Below are positions 1-7,900 of a stretch of 64,000 bases of DNA, in pieces (position 1 is the stretch's first letter; the number at the start of each line of letters is the position of its first letter). The position numbers and the translations under genes are program-made. The notes below the pieces were generated by a model. That model saw only the letters and a list, made by a program, of their open reading frames with translations. It made no database searches and was not told where the DNA came from. The DNA is from Candidatus Omnitrophota bacterium (lineage in GTDB: Bacteria; Omnitrophota; Gorgyraeia; Zapsychrales; Fredricksoniimonadaceae): contig JABDCU010000004.1 in the NCBI GenBank assembly GCA_013287965.1, positions 13,503 to 77,502 of the forward strand, given 5' to 3'.

Positions 1-1278
1 CGCGGCTGCATCCCCTCTAAAGCCCTTTTGCACGCGGCCAAGATCATCAGTGAGGCCAAACATGCCAAGGCCTTTGGTATTGAATACGCGACGCCCAAAA
101 TAGACGTAGACAAACTGCGCGACTGGAAAAAGAGTGTGGTCAGCAAATTGACCGGCGGTTTGGGCCAATTGGCAAAGGCGCGCAAGATCAAATATTTTCA
201 AGGGGAAGCCAGTTTTATCAATTCCAATACCCTGAAAATTAAAAAAGCTGACGGCTCCAGTGAAGAGTTATCTTTCGAAAAAGCCATTTTAGCAACAGGC
301 TCACGACCGTCAGCCATCCCTAATATACTTAAATCCCCTCATATTTGGGATTCTACATCCGCTTTAGACATGGATACCATACCTGAAAAATTATTAGTGG
401 TTGGCGGCGGGTATATCGGCATGGAATTAGGCACGGTCTATCATGAACTAGGCTCGCATGTCTCCGTGGTGGAAATGACGCCCGGGCTTTTGCCTGGCGC
501 GGACCGTGATCTGTCGGATGTCCTTTATAAGCGCGTGAAGGGCATGTTTGCCAATATCATGCTCGAAACCAAGGTCGTTAATATGCAGGAAAGCGGTCTT
601 GGCATCACTGTCACTTTTGCTGACAAGGAAGGCAAAGAAATCAAAGAAGATTACAATAAAGTCCTGGTTTCTATCGGCCGGCGTCCCAATTCAGAAAATT
701 TAGGCTTAGAGAATACCAAGGTCAAGGTGACACCTCGCGGCTTTGTTGAAGTCAATGGCCAGCGCCAAACAGCAGATCCAAGTATTTTTGCCATCGGGGA
801 CATTGCTGGTGATCCCATGCTGGCCCACAAAGCTTCCCACGAAGGTCGTGTGGCCGTGGAAACCATCGCCGGACACAAAGTTGCCTTTGAACCGCAAGCC
901 ATCCCTGCTGTCGTCTTTACTGATCCTGAGATCGCCTGGTGCGGGATGACTGAAATTGATGCAGCCAAAGCTAATCGAGAAGTGACCGTTGTTAAATTCC
1001 CCTGGGCCGCCTCAGGCCGCGCGCTCACTCTTGACCGTACCGAAGGCTTGACCAAACTCATCATTGACCCTAAAACTCAGCGTGTCCTGGGAGTTGGTAT
1101 TGTTGGGGTTGGAGCCGGAGAAATGATCGCTGAAGGGGTCCTTGCCATTGAAATGGGCGCTGTCGCGGAAGACCTGAAACTTTCCATCCATCCTCATCCA
1201 ACACTGTCCGAGACCATCATGGAAGCCGCCGAAAGCTTCTTCGGCCACAGCACTCATATCTACAAGCCTAAAAAATAA
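1..1278 (+). CDS. lpdA: dihydrolipoyl dehydrogenase (E3 component), 5' end cut by the window edge
   Basis: The frame of ORF 28..1278 stays open to nt 1. Upstream residues RGCIPSKALL match the redox-active disulfide motif. Also present are the NAD Rossmann motif VVGGGYIGMELG and the C-terminal HPHPTLSE dimerisation motif. Confidence 0.9.
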   Translation, partial: RGCIPSKALLHAAKIISEAKHAKAFGIEYATPKIDVDKLRDWKKSVVSKLTGGLGQLAKARKIKYFQGEASFINSNTLKIKKADGSSEELSFEKAILATGSRPSAIPNILKSPHIWDSTSALDMDTIPEKLLVVGGGYIGMELGTVYHELGSHVSVVEMTPGLLPGADRDLSDVLYKRVKGMFANIMLETKVVNMQESGLGITVTFADKEGKEIKEDYNKVLVSIGRRPNSENLGLENTKVKVTPRGFVEVNGQRQTADPSIFAIGDIAGDPMLAHKASHEGRVAVETIAGHKVAFEPQAIPAVVFTDPEIAWCGMTEIDAAKANREVTVVKFPWAASGRALTLDRTEGLTKLIIDPKTQRVLGVGIVGVGAGEMIAEGVLAIEMGAVAEDLKLSIHPHPTLSETIMEAAESFFGHSTHIYKPKK

Positions 1279-1287
1279 TAGATAAAT

Positions 1288-1731
1288 TCATTCACCCAAA
1301 GCTTCTACGTCAGCTTGATCCTTTTTACGTCCTACAGAACGTTTATTCTTCAAAAGCAATTCACGGCTAATAAAAAAAACGACCAGTTCTCCATATTTGC
1401 CTTTTTTCTTAGCCGCATAAGCTTTTTCCCAAGAAACACCGGTAAGAGAAGTTAAGATATCAATACGCACAGGCGGCTGGCCGAGTTGAATAACTTTATC
1501 CCTTTGATTAAGATCTTCAATTTTTAATCCTACATTTCCAAAACCGAATTCTTTTAATGCTTCAAGGATTTTAAGGGCATTGTCATCGCTTGGTTCAATA
1601 AAAATATCAATGTCTCCTGTCATTCGTGGGGCTCCATGAAAGGCAAGGGCATAACCACCAACAATGATATATTTAACGTGAAGGGCGTTGAATAACGCGA
1701 GCAACTCTTTGAAGTCTTGCTGAAAGTCCAT
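1288..1731 (-). CDS. nucleotidyltransferase-fold protein (DUF6036/AbiEii-like, possible TA component)
   Basis: 147-aa ORF. The motif IIVGGYALAFHG..MTGDIDIFIE (G-x-n-D-x-D) is typical of minimal nucleotidyltransferases. The C-terminal GRKKDQADVEAL is common in this family. Confidence 0.55.
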   Translation of the reverse strand: MDFQQDFKELLALFNALHVKYIIVGGYALAFHGAPRMTGDIDIFIEPSDDNALKILEALKEFGFGNVGLKIEDLNQRDKVIQLGQPPVRIDILTSLTGVSWEKAYAAKKKGKYGELVVFFISRELLLKNKRSVGRKKDQADVEALGE

Positions 1732-1864
1732 AGATTTGATTTCTTAGGATTTCGACAGCGGCCACACGGTCTTTCGCAGGCTGCTTTAACCAATATTTTA
1801 GATCTTCATCGAGATTTGAGGGATCTGTGAGGCGAGTTCTTTTGAGGATCTTTTTTATCATCAA
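1673..1864 (-). CDS. small hypothetical protein overlapping the start of the nucleotidyltransferase gene
   Basis: 63-aa ORF that overlaps the downstream gene by 59 nt in another frame. The arrangement resembles a two-gene TA-like pair. No recognisable motif. Confidence 0.3.
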   Translation of the reverse strand: MMIKKILKRTRLTDPSNLDEDLKYWLKQPAKDRVAAVEILRNQIYGLSARLQRVARVIQRPSR

Positions 1865-1910
1865 TATATTATAACATTTCCAAGCTGATAAAAAAGCGGA
1901 AAGTAGATTT

Positions 1911-4900
1911 TTACCCCTCTAAAAACGCCCTCAAATCCGTCATAGGCTGAATGCTAATGATCACCGGCACAAAGCCAGGCGCATTTTGCAGTTGTGCCAG
2001 CTGTGTGGGGTCAAGATGAAACTGAATCTCCCCATTGCCGTCCCCTTTGACCTCCAACGGCGTCCTGCCGGCAGTAAAATCAATACCACCTTGTCTATGT
2101 ACTTTAACAGCCATCGTCCGGCCCATTCCCTCATTTTTCCCCACCGCCATGGCCCGGTCGGCAAAACCGCCAACTTCAATTTCTTTTGTTAGCTTTTCAA
2201 CACGACCAATTTCTTTATTTCTCAATACAATAATATTCCCTGTTGGGAATTCCACAACGATCTCATCATTTACTTTTATAGGCACCTTATTTGACGGGCC
2301 AGAAATTCCCTCAACTTGATAGTGTTGCTTTCCTACTTTCTTTAAAGAGATCAAAACTTCCTCGCCATCAAAAGATGCCCGTACATCCCCCACATTCTCC
2401 CTCTTAAAAAACCCATCGGCCACCAAGGGATCGTCAATCGGCGTCCATTTTTTCATGCCCTCTGAACCTTTAATACGTACCCGAGCAGGCCATGGGAATT
2501 TTCTATATAACCTATTGGAAAAATACCAACTCAACGCCCTCCAAGTTGACCAACCTGAATTCTTAAGCTGTTTCCCTGATATCCGAACGGCCTGTATGAT
2601 ATAAAATAACGCGGCTTCAGCCCCGCCGCTATTTGCAAAACGCTTGATCGTACCTTCATGAGCTGAATATGGCCAAAAATCTCCCATCCGCCAATCACCA
2701 TTTTGACTTTTAACCAGTGTAACAGTTTTTCCCTGGCTAAAATTCTCGAACGATGGACTCCTGATATTTTGCGCTCGAGAATAAAAATAGAGGTTCAGTT
2801 CATATTCATATGGTTCATTACGCGCCCGATATTCCATGGCATAAATAAACCCTTTGCGCGTTTCTCCTGGCTTAAGCTCAACATCATTGCGTAACCGGTA
2901 TTGACCAAACTTGAAAACTTGTGACACTCCTTTTTTTCCCGTGACCAAAAAGCTCTGCCTGGGATCAGCGATAAGAACACCTGGTGTTAAAATAGCTGAC
3001 GCCTTCATCGCCCGGTCCATTCCCTCATTTCTACCCGCCGCCATGCTCCAATCCGAAACAGAATCGCTTAATCTTTCTTGGATACGCTCTTTAATTTCTT
3101 CATACCTCATTTTAGATAATAAATCTTTTAATACTTTCATCCTCTGACGCAAGGAAGATTCTAATGTTAGCATGTCCCCTGCCTGGTATTGCTCTCTCAT
3201 TGAACGGTATATATTTCTGTCTCCAATGTAATATTCAACCTTAAAATAAGATTTGGCAAGATCAGCCAAGGGAGCTTCCGTAATAGTTTTATCATCCAAT
3301 TGTAATAGGGCTTTAAGTTGATTAATTTGTACTTCATCACTGCCATTAAAATTAAGCAGAATATCCAGGAGTATTTTTGCCTGTTCACCAGATCCTGAAA
3401 CAAGCACCAGCTTTAACGCTTCTGATTGAATAACACCATCAATAAAAAAAGGCTCGTCTTTCAATATTTCTACCTGGATCCCTTTTACTTTATTAAACCT
3501 CTTTGCTAACGCTTGTATAAAATCAAGCCATAATTGGCTTTGATACATATTGGTCCCTTCTAAAAGCACATCTATATCTTTCCGGCCGGGACCAAAATAT
3601 CTTCTTCCCCCCACAATGACCGGTCTAACATGGCTTGAGATCGGACGCATAACTTCCTGTAAAACCTCTTCTAACTTTTGTATATTGTCTTCTTTCTTAG
3701 TGAAATCATAATAATCTTCCGCTCTTTCTGTTGCAGGATCATCGCTCTTCATCGCCCGGTCCATTCCCTCATTTTTATCCGTCACCATGGCCAGGTTGAC
3801 AAAGTCGCCAACTTCAATTTTCTTTGTTAGTATTTCTACACGGCCGATCTTTTTGTTCTGAAATACAATATCCCCTGTTGAAAAATCCACAACGATATCA
3901 TCGTCTACTTTTATAGGCATGTTGAACGGACCCAAAATATCCTCGACCTGATACCGTTTCTTTCCCTCCTTCTTCAAAGAGATCAAAACTGCCTCACCAC
4001 CAAGGGACGCCTGTACAACCCCTACATTCTCCTTTTTAAAAAAACCATCAGCCACCAAGGGATCATCAATTGAAATCCAATCATTCATGTCCTCTGAACC
4101 TTCAATACGCACTCGCGCGGGCCATGAAAAATTCCTATATAACCTATTATAAAAATACCAACTTAACACTCTCCAAGCCGTGTGTCCTGAATTTTTAAGC
4201 TGTCTCCCTGAAATGTTCACAGCCTGCTCAATGTAGGACAATATAACTTCGGCCCCGCCGCTTTTCGCAAAACGATTGATCGTTCCATCATCTCTCGAAT
4301 ATGGCCAAAAATTAGTCATTTGCCAGTCATCTCCTGAATCCTTATCAACTTGGACATATTTAAAATTATTAAACGAGAAAGGATCAGTATCTTTCTTTTG
4401 AGAAGAAAGAATAAAACGCAATTCATATCTTTTAGAATAAAGATTCTCAAGGGCATAAATGATCCCTTTACGTGTTTCCCCCGGCTTAGGCGTAACATCC
4501 TCCCGCAATTGGTAAGTACCCAATTCAAAAATCTGCGATTGGCCAATTTTCCCAGAGACCAAAATGCTTTTCCTTGGATCTGCAATAAGAACACCTGGCA
4601 TTAAATCAGCCGACGTTTTCATCGCCTGATCTAATTTAGGCTGGAGCTTTCTTCGGCCATCCCTTGGTTTAATATGACTGGCCCACAAAACAATGGATGT
4701 TCTGGAGCGTGCTACTCCATACTTTCGCGCTACTTTATTTATTGTCTTTTTAAGGGTCTTGTATCTTTTTTTCTTTGCCATGGACAATAATGCCTCCATC
4801 TCTGGCGATATGTCCTGGGAGCCTTTAGTTGAAATACCAAGGGCCTTCAAAACTGAGTGGACTATAGAATTTGAAACATTATATTTCTTTGCTATTTGCC

Positions 4901-7900
4901 GCTCAGTTTTATCAATGGACTTCACATTTTTTTCATGTAACTTTTTTGCCCATTTTAAGAATTTTCTTATTTCCTTTGATGGCTCCGGGCTTTTGCGGCT
5001 GCTTGCTTGAATCTCCAAGACTCGCAAAATAACATTGATTGATGTTTGCGCAACTTCAAATTTGTTTGCTATCTGTTGCGGTGTCATTTTAGTGGTCTTG
5101 CTCTTTTTCTTTTGGGCCCATGTGAGCGCTTTTTTCATATTGGGGGATGTCGTCCAGCCTTTTGTCTTAATGCTGTACACCAAACATACAACGTTGACTA
5201 TTTCCCGGCTTACTTTAAACCTCTTTGCCAACTCCATCCCGGTCATGTTCACAGACCTGCCTTCCCTTTTTTCTGCCCAGGACAAGAACCCTTCCTGCCC
5301 GGTCTTTGCCTTGGGGCTGATCTTATAAATCATGGCCAGGTCTTTGGGAGCAGCCAATTGGGCGCTGTTTTCTGTAAGCTTGACCTTGGAAACCAATTCA
5401 AACAACTGTTCCGCTCCAAGGGAAGGTATAAGTCTGGCCTGCCTGTTCCTTATCATATGAATTTGTTTTTCAACCTTATTGTCATCACCGCGCCGCATTG
5501 GAAAACTGTCTATTTTACACACCGTCCCATCAGCCCTGTCCTTTATTAAATCGCCCTTCCCCCACTTTTCCGGATTTTGATCATCAGCGCCAGCTGGAAC
5601 GAAATACTCCTGGTCCTTGCTTAAATTCTCTACATGAGGCACCGTGTCCCTCTTAATGCCATTCTCTAACATATCTAAGATGCTCTGGGTAAACGGGCCA
5701 TCCGGCCAATTATCACCCCCTTGATCATAAATTTTCCGATAATAGACGAGCGACAATTGTTTTAGTGTTTTATTCGAAGGCACTAATAACTCCGCGTCTA
5801 CGATCCAGGCCCCAAGCTCTCCATTCAAATATCCAACTACGATATTAGAAGAAATTTGTGCGTCGAGCAGTTCCAAATGGTTTTTGACGAGTCTTATAAA
5901 AAGATCCTGTACAAGTTCCAAATATCGTCTATTTACCTGCTGTTGGGATAATAACTCATGTAGAGACTTCGTGCCATCTACCGGCTTGATCCGGGTAACG
6001 GCAATGACCCCATGCCCACTGATTGTTCCTATGGCAAACGGCGGGACAACTCCCTTTTCAAGCCCCAATACAAACCCCTGCTTTTCATTTTCTATTTCTT
6101 TATTATCCCTCTCCTCTTCATTGATCATCCTAAAAACAAAACCGCTCCAAGGGCCTTCATTAAAAATTAAAATCAAAGATTGTCCTTCAGACATGACCAC
6201 TGATTTATTCCCATCCGGATCGACCAATTCATGCGCTTTTTCAGAATATTTAAACCGCTCAAAAGGAATCACCATCGCCCGGTCCGCTGGTTTGATCTCA
6301 AGGGCTAAATTCCTACCCTCCTTATGTTGTATGGCAAGCAATGCATCTTGTACGCCCGCTGCTTGCAACCTTGTCCTGTTAAGAGGCACCCAGCTCGACA
6401 TGCCCGCCAATTTAAAAATAACACCAAATGGTTTACCCATCACCGATGCCAAATGCATCATCCCCCCTTCAACCGTCAACACATAATTTGAATAGCTGAC
6501 GAAATATTTAAACATTTCCGGATTGAGTGATGGCCCAGGGGCGATCGCAATACCTCCCCGATTACTTTTGGAGACTTGATCAACTAATTCTTCCGCTATT
6601 TTCCTTGTTCCCCAGGGCGTATCATTGGGCAAAAGAACAACCTTATAATCATTACTTACTAATTTTTCTATAATACTCACTAACTCTTGCTGATCTTTCT
6701 TGCTGCGGGAAAACCCCTTGCTTTCCATTCCTCCTCCATACGGATTTAATGAAACAACCGGGTATTTATACTTATGCCCGATCAATGGGTTTCCAATCTG
6801 CTCCATCAAATGGCCCCATTGTTCCTTGAACCGGGCGTTAGGGGTCCCGTTGACCAAAAATTCTGTACCTTCTTTTTTCAAGGGCAGTCCCAACTCTGCA
6901 TTTAGCCTTGAATATACCTCATGGATATTAAATTCCCAAGGCACAGAATCATCCAAATTCAATCGGTCAGCATAATCCTGTCCATTGACCCGGATTCTTT
7001 CAAATATTAAACTCCCTACATCTGCATGATGAGCATGGATATTTAAGAAAGCATTCTTACCTATATTGCTTACCCTGAAATTTTCTTCCAAATCATTGTT
7101 AAAGGAAATCGTATTGCCGTAAAAATCAATAACAGCATCGTAATGCTCCCTGGCCCCATCAATCTGCCAATGTGTTCTGGCCAAATCCTGCATTGGAATA
7201 ATCTTGACCCTTGGATGGTTGTATAAATAAGGACGTCCCGTGATCACCGTTACCTCCAAATCCGGGTTGAAGCCCAATAATCCCTGAATTAAAGAAGCTG
7301 TTCGGACCAATTCATCCCCTTGCCCATCTTTAATGTTATGGATAATTAATATATTCTTTCTCCCATACTTTAAGTGGTTTTCTATTAACCCATGCAAGCT
7401 GAACAGCCCTCTGTTCCTGATGATACCCTCAGCTTGCTGTTGGACCAAAGAGGATGCCCGGGGATTGGTCGTGATGTAATATAAAAAATATCTAAAGTTC
7501 CGGTCCTCCTGATATACCTTGCTGATGTCTTCCAGCACAGGGACCGTTAAATCCTCCGGGTGTTTTAATGCAAACGGCTCCAAACCTTTTATTAAAATAT
7601 CCTCTCTTTCTTGATACGTTAATCCTAAACCTAACAATGATAGTACAATCCTATAAAAATTATTCCCTTCATCCTCTGACATGGCACTTATCAACTCTGA
7701 AAATCCAGCTTTATTAAAATAGTCACTCAATATGACAAACGGATCATCCCACATAAAATAGGCCCCTGTTGTGCCCAGAATGTCCTTATTAAATAATCCC
7801 TGTGTCCTCATCAAATCGATCGCCTTTGATATTGCCATGGATTCCGGGGTTTTATCACCCAATAATACTCCCTGTATTTTCCTGAATAAAGGCCGTGCTT

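Noticed and set aside
5884-6486. 200-aa plus-strand ORF (and many similar ones, e.g. 5046..5549, 4693..5010 and 6700..6975) inside the giant gene
   Set aside because: These ORFs are antisense to a 7.6-kb uninterrupted ORF that has recognisable domains. Their translations are low-complexity (S/L/C/F/P-rich), with no motifs and no RBS. They are typical shadow ORFs.
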